Assembly: GCF_003334385.1 (NCBI RefSeq)
Contig: NZ_QOWN01000010.1
Direction: 5' to 3' (one strand)
Length of the DNA: 64,000 nt
From: Escherichia coli
Lineage (GTDB): Bacteria; Pseudomonadota; Gammaproteobacteria; Enterobacterales; Enterobacteriaceae
The first letter of the stretch is position 1, and each line of letters starts with the position of its first letter. Under the pieces are notes generated by a model, which saw only the letters and a list, made by a program, of their open reading frames with translations, was not told where the DNA came from and did no database searches. The position numbers and the translations under genes are program-made. Shown here one piece after another: positions 10,181 to 21,926 of this stretch.

Positions 10181-11221
10181 TTAAGCCTGCGGCTGAGTTA
10201 CAACGTCTTTGATACCTTTAACTTCGATCTCTACGCGACGATCCGGAGCCAGGCAGTCGATCAGTGCAGCACGCTGTTTCACGTTGTCACAGGTGTTGCC
10301 AGTAACCGGGTTGGATTCGCCCATACCACGTGCGGAGATCTTGTCTGCCGGGATACCTTTGGAGATCAGGTAATCAACAACAGACTGAGCACGGCGCTCG
10401 GACAGACCCTGGTTGTAAGCGTCAGAACCGATGCGGTCGGTGTAACCCAGAACAACTACGGAACCGTCTTTCGGATCCAGGTTGCTCAGCTGGCTGTACA
10501 GCTGATCCAGAGCAGCCTGACCTTCCGGTTTCAGGGTTGCTTTGTTGAAGTTGAACAGAACGTCAGACTTCAGAGTGAAGTGCTTGGTCTGTACTTCCGG
10601 TGCCGGAGCTGGAGCCGGAGCAACTACTGGAGCTGCTTCGCCCTGACCGAAACGGTAGGAAACACCCAGGCTCAGCATGCCGTTGTCCGGACGAGTGCCG
10701 ATGGTGTGTGCGTCACCGATGTTGTTGGTCCACTGGTATTCCAGACGGGTAGCGATTTCAGGAGTGATCGCGTACTCAACACCGCCAGCGAAGACCGGAG
10801 AAACGCCGGTGTCGTGGTTTTTACCATAAACGTTGGATTTAGTGTCTGCACGCCATACCATGCCACCCAGACGAGTGTAGATGTCCAGGTCGTCAGTGAT
10901 TGGGTAACCCAGTTTAGCGGTCAGTTGAACGCCCTGAGCTTTGTATGCACCGTTTTCAACGCTGCCTTTGTACGGCATACGACCTAACCAGTCGTAACCC
11001 ATTTCAAAGCCAACATACGGGTTAACCTGGTAACCACCAAAAGCACCAGCGCCCAGTTGGTTTTCATGGGTCGGGCCATTGTTGTTGATGAAACCAGTGT
11101 CATGGTACTGGGACCAGCCCAGTTTAGCACCAGTGTACCAGGTGTTATCTTTCGGAGCGGCCTGCGCTACGGTAGCGAAACCAGCCAGTGCCACTGCAAT
11201 CGCGATAGCTGTCTTTTTCAT
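10181..11221 (-). CDS. ompA: Outer membrane protein A
   Basis: ORF trimmed to [21 protein letters not shown] signal peptide; 346 aa; APAPAPAP hinge and C-terminal OmpA domain. Confidence 0.97.
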
Positions 11222-11354
11222 TTTTTGCGCCTCGTTATCATCCAAAATACGCCATGAATATCTCCAACGAGATAACACGGTTAAATCCTTCACCGGGGGA
11301 TCTGCTCAATATTAACTCTACCGATATCTTCGGCTTATGCCGAGCACCCCTGGC
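11222..11354 (-). promoter_or_regulatory. ompA long 5' UTR (sRNA/Hfq-regulated leader); extent approximate
   Basis: Established knowledge of the ~133-nt ompA leader; boundary not verifiable from sequence alone. Confidence 0.5.
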
Positions 11355-11577
11355 GATGTAAAGTCTACAACGTAGTTGAAAACTTACAAGTGTGAACTCC
11401 GTCAGGCATATGAAAAAAAAGTCTTGTATAAGGTATGTTTAATCTTTTTTGTCAGCGACAATTTACAGAAGAGAATCGCGGAAACCGCTTCAGACAAGCC
11501 TCCGCAAGGAAAATTAGTCACGACTGAAAGCATTGGCTGGGCGACAAAAAAAGTTCCAGGATTAATCCTAAATTTAC

Positions 11578-12087
11578 TTAATGATACAAATTAGAGTGAA
11601 TTTTTAGCCCGGAAAGTTGTCTCGTGGCGTGAGAGGATGCGCTTACCGGACGCATAATAAACCCCATAGCGTTACCTTCATTTGCCGCATCAACAAGTTC
11701 AGCATGCTCTTCTTCAGTCAAATCATCTGCCAACCAACCGATCACCACACTGTAATTGCCCGTGCGTAAAGCGCGAACCATTGACTCCACAGTGTGGCAA
11801 GGGGAGAGCTGGCTAATCTGCATTACTTTCGTTAAGGGTAGCCCAGATGCCTGAACCCATTCCCGACTCAGTTTTTGTTGCGGTGTTAACCAGAGTTGCC
11901 AGCGCGATTGCTGACCGAGTTGCTGTAACAATGGCAACAGTAGAAGTTGCGTCATCATGGGCTGATCTTCGCGATAGACAACTTCACTGATAAGCCCGGC
12001 TGTAGTGTTTTCCGTAGAGACACGCGCAATTTTACTTGCTGCGGATGAGAACGACGAAGAACGATGTGCATAGCCTGAAGTGTACAT
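11578..12087 (-). CDS. sulA: SOS cell-division inhibitor SulA
   Basis: ORF trimmed to [23 protein letters not shown] (169 aa). Confidence 0.95.
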
Positions 12088-12109
12088 AATCAATCCAGCC
12101 CCTGTGAGT

Positions 12110-12129
12110 TACTGTATGGATGTGCAGTA
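12110..12129. promoter_or_regulatory. LexA operator (SOS box) of sulA
   Basis: TACTGTATGGATGTGCAGTA, a CTG-N10-CAG palindrome about 23 bp upstream of the sulA start. Confidence 0.8.
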
Positions 12130-12305
12130 CATCCAGTGACAACAAAGATCAACCCTATTTTCGGAAAGAGCCTCGCAAATTTTGTCGTTGGTGACGGGAA
12201 AACATAAATTAATCTTGCCCCTTAAGAATAAGTTGCCTATTTTCGTAGTTAACGGATCCGTTAATGTGAATCATTCTTTTATGTTATGATTTTAAAAGGA
12301 ATTTT

Positions 12306-12935
12306 ATGAAAAGCCTCTCCTATAAGCGGATCTATAAATCACAAGAATACCTGGCAACGTTGGGCACAATTGAATACCGATCATTGTTTGGCAGTTACAG
12401 CCTGACCGTTGACGACACGGTGTTTGCGATGGTTTCTGATGGTGAGTTGTATCTTCGGGCTTGTGAGCAAAGTGCACAGTACTGTGTAAAACATCCGCCT
12501 GTCTGGCTGACATATAAAAAGTGTGGCCGATCCGTTACCCTCAATTACTATCGGGTTGATGAAAGTCTATGGCGAAATCAACTGAAGCTGGTGCGTCTGT
12601 CGAAATATTCTCTCGATGCAGCGCTGAAAGAGAAAAGCACGCGCAATACCCGGGAAAGACTGAAAGATTTGCCCAATATGTCTTTTCATCTGGAAGCGAT
12701 TCTCGGGGAGGTGGGGATTAAGGATGTACGGGCGTTACGTATACTTGGGGCAAAAATGTGTTGGTTGCGACTGCGGCAGCAAAACAGTCTGGTGACAGAA
12801 AAGATTCTGTTTATGCTTGAAGGTGCCATTATCGGCATTCATGAAGCTGCGCTCCCGGTGGCACGCCGCCAGGAGCTTGCAGAATGGGCTGACTCTCTTA
12901 CGCCGAAACAGGAGTTTCCTGCGGAACTTGAGTAA
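12306..12935 (+). CDS. sxy: Competence regulator Sxy/TfoX
   Basis: 209-aa ORF MKSLSYKRIYKSQEYLATLG...; AT-rich upstream leader. Confidence 0.93.
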   Translation: MKSLSYKRIYKSQEYLATLGTIEYRSLFGSYSLTVDDTVFAMVSDGELYLRACEQSAQYCVKHPPVWLTYKKCGRSVTLNYYRVDESLWRNQLKLVRLSKYSLDAALKEKSTRNTRERLKDLPNMSFHLEAILGEVGIKDVRALRILGAKMCWLRLRQQNSLVTEKILFMLEGAIIGIHEAALPVARRQELAEWADSLTPKQEFPAELE

Positions 12936-15051
12936 TCTGGCGTTGCAGACGACCAATCTCAGGCAGTAATGCAATCAATAATCCAACTTGTTGTACGACC
13001 AGAGGTTCTTTGCTGTCTGCCCGTGGTTCAAGTTGCTGCATCCGCTGTTTCAGGCTAGCTAATGCCTCATTGACGCGTTCTTCATCAGCAGGTTGATGAT
13101 GTAACGCGTCATCAACATAGCAAACTGCGTCATCAAGAAACGCCAGAATTTCAGGATTAGTTAACTGCTCCCGGTGAGCACCGAGGGCTGAGATATAGCT
13201 GGTAAACGTATGGTTAAGGCACAGCAACCGAAACGCGGCTTCGCGAATTTGCGGGGTAACGTTCGGCTCGCTGGACATATTTGATACCACCGACGCCAGC
13301 TCAGCATCACGGTTGTGTGCATCGCGGCGGGCAATACGATACGCCAGACGGTTATCACGCCCCTGATGGTATTGCTCCAGTATGGCATCGAGATACCGAC
13401 AGTTGGCCTCTGTGGCGCGTTCGAGCATGCGCGGCAGATTGCGAAACTGCCAGTCAGGCCAGATGTAGCTCACTGCCGCCCACGCAATGGCACAACCAAT
13501 CAGCGTATCGATTACGCGAGGTAACGCTACTTCAAAACCTTCACCCAGTAAGTTAAAACACAGTAGCACCAAAAGTGTGATGAACATCGTTGCATGAGCG
13601 TATTGCACGTTACGGAAGGCAAAAAAGAGCACGCCGGTAATAACCAGCAGCACCAGCTGCCCTTCCAGTGATGGCACAAACCACAGCACAGGAATACCAA
13701 TGGCGATACCTACCAGCGTACCAATAATCCTTAACTTCAGGCGGTGGCGCGTGGCGTTATAGTTTGGCTGGCAGACAAACAAACTTGTCAGCAAGATCCA
13801 ATACCCGTGATGCATTCCGGTTATCTGAATGATGGCGTAGCCGAAGCACAACACCAGCGACATTCTTACCGCATGACGGAAGAGGGCGGATTCCGGCGTG
13901 AAGTGACGGCTAAGACGCAGCCAGATATCACTCAACCCGTGCGGGCTGTCATCAGCGAGCTCATTTTCGTCATTATTATGGGGTAGTGCCTGGGCCTGTT
14001 CTGATTCAATTGTTGCCAGTTGGGCATCAATGGCGCGTAAATTGTTCAGCAAAAATCCCAGTGTTTTGAGTAAATCGGCGGGTGCGCCGTTATCGCGCAT
14101 CCGCTCCAGCGCAGCATCAATATGCGTAAAAGCGCGCTCAAAATGCGGATCATGTTGATAAGGCTGACGCAACAAAATACAGCGTGACAGTTGCTGGCAC
14201 GCCTGGCCCTGCATCGACATCAGCCGCTGAAAACGGAACAGCACGTCGCTGTGGCGAAAATGTTCACGCAATGTTTGATACTGAATATGAGAAGAGCTGG
14301 CACGCTCGTGAATATCCTGTGCGACAAAGTAATAATGCAGCGTGCGACGCGTTCCCCGTTGACCACGATCGCCACGTAAGCGGGTCAGCAGCGAGAGTTT
14401 CGTCTGATTCAATGTCGCCATCAGCAGACCGTTGGCGAGAGCCAAATCGTACAGCGGTGCCTGGCTTTGATCTTCAATATCAGGATCAAACATGCGCGAC
14501 TTGAGCTCAAGATAACGCGCCAGTTGTTCATAGCAACGCGCCAGGTTGTCCTGCAGCGGGCGGACCGGGAACAGCAGATGACCAATAAGTGTCAGGACGT
14601 TGTACCAGACGGCACCGGCCAGCAGATACATCGGCTGCTGATACCAGTGCTCATACAGTGATGTTCCCAACATAGTGTAAATGGCGATCAGCAATGCACC
14701 GAAGGCAATTGTTGCATAGCGTTGACCCAGACCGCCGAGCAAAATGAAGCCGCTGGTAGAGAGCGTTAAGCCAATCGCAAATAGCCAGGGCCAGGGAAAC
14801 AGCAATTCTACTGAGGCCGAGGCGATAAAAAAGCAGAACAGCGTAATGATGAGGTTACGCAAACGTCCCGCCAGTCGGTCATCGAGATCGGTCAGCGCCG
14901 CTGCCACCATCCCCAGCGTTAGCGGAATCGTCAGTTTTACATCACCCAGCCACCACGGAAACGCTGTGGTTCCACAAAGCGCAATAAAAATACGCGCGTA
15001 ATACAGCCAGGCGCTGTTCCAGGTATAGCGTTTGAGCAAAGGACTTAGCAT
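12898..15051 (-). CDS. yccS: Inner membrane protein YccS (FUSC-like putative transporter)
   Basis: 720-aa ORF trimmed to MLSPLLKRYTW (717 aa, from memory); alternative ATG at 15060; 3' end overlaps the sxy 3' end. Confidence 0.85.
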   Translation of the reverse strand: MLSPLLKRYTWNSAWLYYARIFIALCGTTAFPWWLGDVKLTIPLTLGMVAAALTDLDDRLAGRLRNLIITLFCFFIASASVELLFPWPWLFAIGLTLSTSGFILLGGLGQRYATIAFGALLIAIYTMLGTSLYEHWYQQPMYLLAGAVWYNVLTLIGHLLFPVRPLQDNLARCYEQLARYLELKSRMFDPDIEDQSQAPLYDLALANGLLMATLNQTKLSLLTRLRGDRGQRGTRRTLHYYFVAQDIHERASSSHIQYQTLREHFRHSDVLFRFQRLMSMQGQACQQLSRCILLRQPYQHDPHFERAFTHIDAALERMRDNGAPADLLKTLGFLLNNLRAIDAQLATIESEQAQALPHNNDENELADDSPHGLSDIWLRLSRHFTPESALFRHAVRMSLVLCFGYAIIQITGMHHGYWILLTSLFVCQPNYNATRHRLKLRIIGTLVGIAIGIPVLWFVPSLEGQLVLLVITGVLFFAFRNVQYAHATMFITLLVLLCFNLLGEGFEVALPRVIDTLIGCAIAWAAVSYIWPDWQFRNLPRMLERATEANCRYLDAILEQYHQGRDNRLAYRIARRDAHNRDAELASVVSNMSSEPNVTPQIREAAFRLLCLNHTFTSYISALGAHREQLTNPEILAFLDDAVCYVDDALHHQPADEERVNEALASLKQRMQQLEPRADSKEPLVVQQVGLLIALLPEIGRLQRQITQVPQETPVSA

Positions 15052-15069
15052 AAAGGCCATATTAGTGGA

Positions 15070-15516
15070 TTATTCAAAACGACGACGTGCATTGGCTTCA
15101 CGCGCAGCTTGCGCTGTTTCTACCGATACCACGCGACGACCAACCGGCCATAGTGCAATAGCGGCAATTTTAAAGTTCGCAATGCCGACAGGAATGCCAA
15201 TGATTGAAATACATTGTGCGATGCCCGTTGCAATGTGCATCAGGCATAACCACCAGCCAAAGAAAATCAGCCAGAAAATATTCAATACCGTACCGCCAGT
15301 ATTCAGCAGCACATTTTTGCCAGCCGGGTTCAGTTCATCGACATGAATAGCTTCATTGCCATAAGGCACCAGAGACAGTTTAGTGATCTCCCAGCAGGAT
15401 CGTGTCAGCGGTAAGGTAAAAATCAGCACAATACTGACCAGAGTCGCCAACAGCCAGCCCAGAGTGGTGGCAAATCCGCCAAGCACAAAGTTCAGAATGT
15501 TCAAAACGGTACGCAT
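15070..15516 (-). CDS. yccF: Inner membrane protein YccF
   Basis: 148-aa hydrophobic ORF MRTVLNILNFVLGG...; immediately upstream of yccS. Confidence 0.92.
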   Translation of the reverse strand: MRTVLNILNFVLGGFATTLGWLLATLVSIVLIFTLPLTRSCWEITKLSLVPYGNEAIHVDELNPAGKNVLLNTGGTVLNIFWLIFFGWWLCLMHIATGIAQCISIIGIPVGIANFKIAAIALWPVGRRVVSVETAQAAREANARRRFE

Positions 15517-15638
15517 AAAACCTCGCTTTACTGTGGTTTTCAGTAATGGGCGGCAATTGTAACGTTTTTTTGGGCTGGAGCACGTTTTCTCTGACGGTTA
15601 CACTGATAAGAAATAATTTCGTGTGGATCTACAGAGTC

Positions 15639-17693
15639 ATGGAACTGAAAGCGACAACGCTTGGAAAACGTCTGGCACAGCACCCTTACGATCGGGCGGT
15701 GATCCTCAATGCCGGGATTAAAGTCTCCGGCGATCGCCACGAATACCTTATTCCTTTCAATCAATTACTGGCGATTCACTGTAAGCGCGGTCTGGTATGG
15801 GGCGAGCTGGAATTTGTACTGCCGGACGAAAAAGTGGTGCGTCTGCACGGCACCGAATGGGGCGAGACGCAGCGTTTTTACCATCATCTTGATGCTCACT
15901 GGCGGCGGTGGAGTGGCGAGATGAGCGAAATTGCGTCTGGTGTTTTACGCCAGCAACTGGATTTGATTGCCACGCGCACTGGGGAAAATAAATGGCTGAC
16001 GCGTGAGCAAACCTCTGGCGTGCAGCAACAAATCCGCCAGGCTTTGTCGGCGTTGCCGTTGCCGGTTAACCGACTGGAAGAATTCGATAACTGCCGTGAG
16101 GCGTGGCGTAAATGTCAGGCCTGGTTGAAAGATATTGAAAGCGCTCGGTTGCAGCATAACCAGGCGTATACCGAAGCCATGCTTACCGAGTATGCGGATT
16201 TTTTCCGCCAGGTCGAGTCTTCACCGCTGAATCCGGCGCAGGCCCGGGCAGTCGTTAATGGCGAGCATTCTCTGTTAGTGCTGGCAGGTGCAGGAAGCGG
16301 AAAAACGTCGGTGCTGGTGGCCCGTGCAGGCTGGTTGCTGGCGCGTGGTGAAGCGTCCCCTGAGCAAATTTTATTGCTGGCGTTTGGTCGCAAAGCCGCT
16401 GAAGAGATGGACGAGCGGATTCGCGAACGGCTACATACCGAAGACATTACCGCACGCACGTTTCATGCGCTGGCGCTGCATATTATTCAGCAGGGCAGCA
16501 AAAAAGTTCCGATAGTCAGCAAACTGGAAAATGATACCGCTGCCCGTCATGAACTCGTTATTGCTGAGTGGCGCAAGCAATGCAGCGAAAAGAAAGCGCA
16601 GGCGAAGGGCTGGCGGCAATGGCTGACGGAAGAAATGCAGTGGTCAGTGCCAGAAGGTAACTTCTGGGATGATGAAAAATTACAGCGTCGCCTTGCCTCT
16701 CGCCTCGATCGCTGGGTAAGTCTGATGCGGATGCACGGTGGTGCACAGGCAGAAATGATTGCCAGTGCACCCGAAGAGATTCGCGATCTGTTCAGTAAAC
16801 GTATCAAGTTGATGGCCCCGTTATTAAAAGCCTGGAAAGGTGCGCTGAAGGCAGAAAACGCTGTCGATTTTTCGGGCCTTATTCATCAGGCGATTGTGAT
16901 TCTGGAGAAAGGTCGCTTTATCAGCCCGTGGAAGCATATTCTGGTTGATGAATTTCAGGATATCTCGCCGCAGCGGGCAGCGTTGTTAGCGGCATTACGC
17001 AAGCAAAACAGTCAGACGACGTTGTTCGCTGTTGGTGATGACTGGCAGGCGATTTACCGATTCAGCGGTGCGCAAATGTCGCTCACCACCGCTTTCCATG
17101 AAAACTTTGGTGAAGGCGAACGCTGTGATTTAGACACGACTTACCGTTTTAACAGTCGTATCGGTGAGGTGGCAAACCGGTTTATTCAGCAGAACCCAGG
17201 CCAGCTGAAAAAGCCGCTAAACAGCTTAACCAATGGAGACAAAAAAGCCGTCACGTTATTGGATGAGAGTCAACTTGACGCTTTGCTGGATAAGCTCTCT
17301 GGTTATGCCAAACCGGAAGAGCGCATTCTGATCCTGGCGCGTTACCATCACATGAGGCCTGCCAGCCTGGAAAAAGCGGCAACACGCTGGCCGAAGTTGC
17401 AAATCGACTTTATGACCATTCATGCCAGCAAAGGGCAACAGGCGGATTACGTCATCATCGTTGGCTTGCAGGAGGGAAGTGATGGTTTTCCGGCTGCGGC
17501 GCGGGAGTCGATTATGGAAGAGGCGCTACTGCCACCGGTTGAGGATTTCCCGGACGCTGAAGAACGGCGGTTAATGTACGTGGCGCTGACCCGGGCACGC
17601 CATCGGGTATGGGCACTGTTTAACAAAGAGAATCCCTCTCCCTTTGTGGAAATACTGAAAAATCTGGATGTGCCGGTGGCGAGAAAACCGTAA
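15639..17693 (+). CDS. helD: DNA helicase IV (UvrD-like)
   Basis: ORF trimmed to MELKATTLGKRLAQ (684 aa); Walker A GAGSGKTSV. Confidence 0.93.
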   Translation: MELKATTLGKRLAQHPYDRAVILNAGIKVSGDRHEYLIPFNQLLAIHCKRGLVWGELEFVLPDEKVVRLHGTEWGETQRFYHHLDAHWRRWSGEMSEIASGVLRQQLDLIATRTGENKWLTREQTSGVQQQIRQALSALPLPVNRLEEFDNCREAWRKCQAWLKDIESARLQHNQAYTEAMLTEYADFFRQVESSPLNPAQARAVVNGEHSLLVLAGAGSGKTSVLVARAGWLLARGEASPEQILLLAFGRKAAEEMDERIRERLHTEDITARTFHALALHIIQQGSKKVPIVSKLENDTAARHELVIAEWRKQCSEKKAQAKGWRQWLTEEMQWSVPEGNFWDDEKLQRRLASRLDRWVSLMRMHGGAQAEMIASAPEEIRDLFSKRIKLMAPLLKAWKGALKAENAVDFSGLIHQAIVILEKGRFISPWKHILVDEFQDISPQRAALLAALRKQNSQTTLFAVGDDWQAIYRFSGAQMSLTTAFHENFGEGERCDLDTTYRFNSRIGEVANRFIQQNPGQLKKPLNSLTNGDKKAVTLLDESQLDALLDKLSGYAKPEERILILARYHHMRPASLEKAATRWPKLQIDFMTIHASKGQQADYVIIVGLQEGSDGFPAAARESIMEEALLPPVEDFPDAEERRLMYVALTRARHRVWALFNKENPSPFVEILKNLDVPVARKP

Positions 17694-17695
17694 GA

Positions 17696-17721
17696 AACAG
17701 GTGGCGTTTGCCACCTGTGCA
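17696..17721. terminator. Hairpin between convergent helD and mgsA
   Basis: Palindrome caggtggc-gtttg-gccacctg between the two stops. Confidence 0.55.
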
Positions 17722-17724
17722 ATA

Positions 17725-18183
17725 TTACTTCAGACGGTCCGCGAGATAACGCTGATAATCGGGGATCAGAATATCGACCGCGTCGTTGAAATGCGGCGAC
17801 TGGATTATGAAGTCTGCCGTTGCCACGTTGGTGGCGACCGGAATGTTCCATACCGTCGCCAGACGCAGCAAGGCTTTCACGTCAGGATCGTGCGGCACGG
17901 CATTTAGTGGATCCCAGAAGAAAATCAATACATCAATTTTCCCTTCTGAGATCAATGCGCCAACCTGCTGGTCACCCCCCATTGGGCCACTCAACATCGC
18001 GTTGACGTTCATGCCGGTCGCGCGGGAAATTAAGTTACCGGTAGTGCCTGTTGCATACAGTACGTGTTGTTCCAGTAACGGTTGATGCCGTTCCACCCAG
18101 CTCATCAGCATTTGTTTGCAGTGATCGTGTGCCACCAGCGCAATATGTTTCCGCGCAGGTAAAGTGCGAGTCGTCAGTTCCAT
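17725..18183 (-). CDS. mgsA: Methylglyoxal synthase
   Basis: ORF trimmed to [20 protein letters not shown] (152 aa). Confidence 0.95.
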
Positions 18184-18278
18184 AATGTACATCCGTAGTT
18201 AACTTTCCTACAGATTACTGTAAGCACTTATCGCTGCAAGATAAAGACCGAAAAAGCCTGCGCACAGGCACAAAAATC

Positions 18279-18941
18279 TCAGGAAGATGGTTGTTTTTCC
18301 GCCCACTGCAGGAAAGTATTTCGCGTTTGTGGGTCAGCCAGTTTAAACCAATACTTCAGCCGTTGTTCTGTGAGCACCTGAGACTGCGGTGGAATAGCAT
18401 CCAGCTCGGAAACACCCGAAAGCAGCGTACTGTCATCTGCCATCATCGTGGCAAATTGCGGTAGTGAAGCGCGTTTCGCGGATTTGTTATAGCGTTCAAC
18501 CTCGACCTCATAATCAATCGTTTTTGCCGTTGAGGTAATGGCGAGAATATCCAGCTTTACCGGAATCGGCGTCGCATCGCCATCCAACAATTCAAGGCGC
18601 GGCGCGGCATCAAAATGGTTAGCTTCCCGCTCATTCTCCAGGCGAGGCAGGCGAAAATTGACCTGGTTGATGAGCTGGGTATTAAAACTGACCACCAGCG
18701 GTGGGGAGATATACAGCCGTTCTTCACTATTGGAAAGATGAATCGTCTTCTCAACGCGAAACACTAACTGATGCGGTCCATTATCCAGTTCAATGCTGTC
18801 CGCACCGCGCAGCAGAGAGCTGGAAACCTTCTTGCCGTCGAGTACCAGAAGATCGACATCGGTTGAAAGCCGCAGCGTGGTGGCAAAAACGGATACCGGC
18901 AAACATAATGCAATCAAGGTGGTCACGATGCCGGTTTTCAT
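18279..18941 (-). CDS. yccT: Uncharacterised periplasmic protein YccT
   Basis: 220-aa ORF with N-terminal signal peptide [20 protein letters not shown]. Confidence 0.9.
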
Positions 18942-19113
18942 AGGTAGCTCCTGTCAAAAGACCGCCCGAATAATAATGTGTCAAAATTTTTCTTTAATCA
19001 TACTTACTAACATATAGACATATTTCCCGCTTTTGCTCTCATTCATTCGTATTAGCTGCATGGTTGGCATGTCGGCTTTGTCGTACACTTTGTTAAACAG
19101 TCTGGAGGAAATA

Positions 19114-19527
19114 ATGAAAGAAACCGATATTGCAGGCATTTTAACGTCCACTCACACCATTGCGCTGGTGGGGGCAAGCGACAAACCCGATCGTCCCAGC
19201 TATCGCGTGATGAAATATCTACTCGACCAGGGGTATCACGTCATTCCGGTTTCGCCAAAAGTTGCCGGCAAAACGCTGCTGGGCCAGAAGGGGTATGGCA
19301 CGCTGGCAGACGTTCCGGAAAAAGTCGATATGGTCGATGTTTTCCGTAATTCAGAAGCGGCGTGGGGCGTGGCACAGGAAGCTATTGCCATTGGCGCGAA
19401 AACCCTCTGGATGCAACTGGGGGTGATTAATGAGCAAGCGGCAGTACTGGCACGGGATGCCGGGTTAAATGTGGTGATGGATCGCTGCCCGGCTATTGAG
19501 ATCCCTCGCCTGGGCCTGGCCAAATAA
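19114..19527 (+). CDS. yccU: CoA-binding domain protein YccU
   Basis: ORF trimmed to [12 protein letters not shown] (137 aa); ggagga RBS at 19104..19109. Confidence 0.9.
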   Translation: MKETDIAGILTSTHTIALVGASDKPDRPSYRVMKYLLDQGYHVIPVSPKVAGKTLLGQKGYGTLADVPEKVDMVDVFRNSEAAWGVAQEAIAIGAKTLWMQLGVINEQAAVLARDAGLNVVMDRCPAIEIPRLGLAK

Positions 19528-19565
19528 AAAATCCCCGGAAGGCAAAAACCTTCCGGGGATTTGTT
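19526..19565. terminator. Bidirectional intrinsic terminator between yccU and hspQ
   Basis: A-run, stem atccccggaagg / ccttccggggat, then T-rich tract. Confidence 0.85.
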
Positions 19566-19571
19566 CAGGGA

Positions 19572-19946
<375 letters not shown>

Positions 19947-21137
19947 TTACATGACGCGACAGGCAAACCCTTTCAGATATAGCCCTTCCGGATAGGTAGC
20001 GATCACCGGATGATCGGCTGCCTGACGGAACTGCTCTATAAATTGTACATCACGACCGGCATCAATTGCGGCATCCGCGATGATTTTCTGAAATAAATCG
20101 CTGGTCATCAGACCGGAACAGGAGAAAGTCAGGAGAATACCGCCTTCATTCAGCAGCTGAATCGCCAGCATGTTGATGTCTTTATAACCACGACACGCGC
20201 CCATCAACTGGCTTTTATTCTCAACAAACTTCGGCGGGTCCATCACGATAACGTCAAATTTTTCACCGCGATCGCGATAAGTACGCAGCAATTTAAAGAC
20301 ATCATCACGGACAAACTCAGCCTTGCTCAGATCCAGTTTGTTCAGCTCAACGTTCTGCCGTGCAATATCCAGCGCTTCCTGGGAGGTATCAACGCTGACA
20401 ACCTGGCTGCAACCGCCCATCAGTGCCGATACGGCGAAACCACCGGTATAGGAGAAACAGTTCAGCACACGTTTATTTTCAACGTAGCGGCGGGTAGCCA
20501 GGCGGCTATCACGCTGGTCCAGGTAGTAGCCCGTTTTGTGTCCGTGCTGAATATCCACCAGCAGTTTCATTCCGTGTTCTTCAATCGGCAGCAGGGCAGG
20601 TGGCAACTCGCCGGTGACGGGGCCCTGGGTCAGCTCCATTCCTTCTTTTTTACGTACCGCGACGTCGCTGCGATCGTAAATCGAACATTCCGGGTACAGC
20701 GTTTGCAGGGCACTAATTAATGCCGCGCGCTGATATTCTGCCCCAGCACTCAGCAGTTGCAGCACCAGAAAATTACCGAAACGATCGATAGTAATACCCG
20801 GCAGGCCATCAGATTCTCCGGCGATTAAACGATAGCTGTCGAGGCCATCTTTTTGCGCCAGCCAGTCACGCCATTTTTGTGCTTGTTGCAAACGGCGGGA
20901 AAAAAAAGCAATGTCGATAGACTCAGACGGGTCAAACGTCCAGACGCGCGCCCGGATTTGCGAAGCTGGCGAATAAGCGCCGCGTGCTAACCATTTTCCC
21001 TGATGATCAACAATATCGATGGTTTCACCGAGGCTGGCTTTACCTTCCATGCGGGCAACGGCCCCGGAAAAGACCCACGGATGGCGACGAAGTAATGATT
21101 TTTCGCGCCCTTTGGCTAACACTAAACGTACACTCAT
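19947..21137 (-). CDS. rlmI: 23S rRNA m5C1962 methyltransferase RlmI
   Basis: 396-aa [26 protein letters not shown]... Confidence 0.93.
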
Positions 21138-21231
21138 AATTTACTTTTCTGTCGATGCAAAGAAATGGGCGTCATTGTCCGGAGTTTTCCATGGATTTGC
21201 AACGCGTCCATTAAGGATAAGGAGAGCAGCA

Positions 21232-21510
21232 ATGTCGAAAGTCTGCATAATTGCCTGGGTTTACGGGCGAGTTCAGGGCGTAGGATTTCGCTACACCACA
21301 CAGTACGAAGCGAAAAGACTGGGTTTAACCGGGTACGCCAAAAATCTTGACGATGGCAGCGTGGAAGTGGTTGCTTGCGGTGAAGAAGGGCAGGTGGAAA
21401 AATTAATGCAGTGGTTAAAGAGTGGCGGCCCGCGTTCTGCGCGTGTAGAACGGGTGCTCAGCGAGCCGCATCATCCCTCGGGGGAATTAACCGATTTTCG
21501 TATCCGTTAA
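21232..21510 (+). CDS. yccX: Acylphosphatase
   Basis: ORF trimmed to [21 protein letters not shown] (92 aa); acylphosphatase signature. Confidence 0.92.
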
Positions 21511-21836
21511 ATACATTTTACCGGTTTTGGCAGGCCAGCAATTTTGGTGGCTTGCTTAGCCGGACCTTTCGGAAACAGTCGGTATAAATAGCGGCTGTTA
21601 CCTTTTTCTTCGCCAAATTTATTCGCCATCGCTTTTACCAGCATACGAATCGCCGGAGAAGTATTGAATTCCAGATAGAAATCACGCACAAAACGCACCA
21701 CTTCCCAGTGTTCCGGTGACAGCGAAATCCCTTCGTTCTCTGCAATCACCACAGCCAGCGGCTCACTCCACTGGCTGCTTTCTTTGAGATAGCCTTCGGT
21801 ATCCGTTTCTATCTCTTTACCTTCGAAGATCAGCAT
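21507..21836 (-). CDS. tusE: Sulfurtransferase TusE (DsrC-like)
   Basis: ORF trimmed to [17 protein letters not shown] (109 aa), C-terminal ...PKPVKCI; 4-nt convergent overlap with yccX. Confidence 0.93.
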
Positions 21837-21926
21837 AATTATTACTACCTTAATCAGACTGGCGGCAGTGTAACAAAAAACAAAGCCCCGCATAAAGCGA
21901 GGCTATGAAAGTGTTAGCGGGTGAGA

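Noticed and set aside
11376-11594. 72-aa ORF in the ompA-sulA intergenic region
   Set aside because: Falls across the ompA promoter/leader and the sulA 3' end; no RBS and low-complexity translation; more likely non-coding regulatory DNA.
12110-12129. Possible CRP-S site for sxy autoregulation in the sulA-sxy spacer
   Set aside because: I could not find a convincing TGCGA-N6-TCGCA match by eye; only the LexA box is confidently recognisable.
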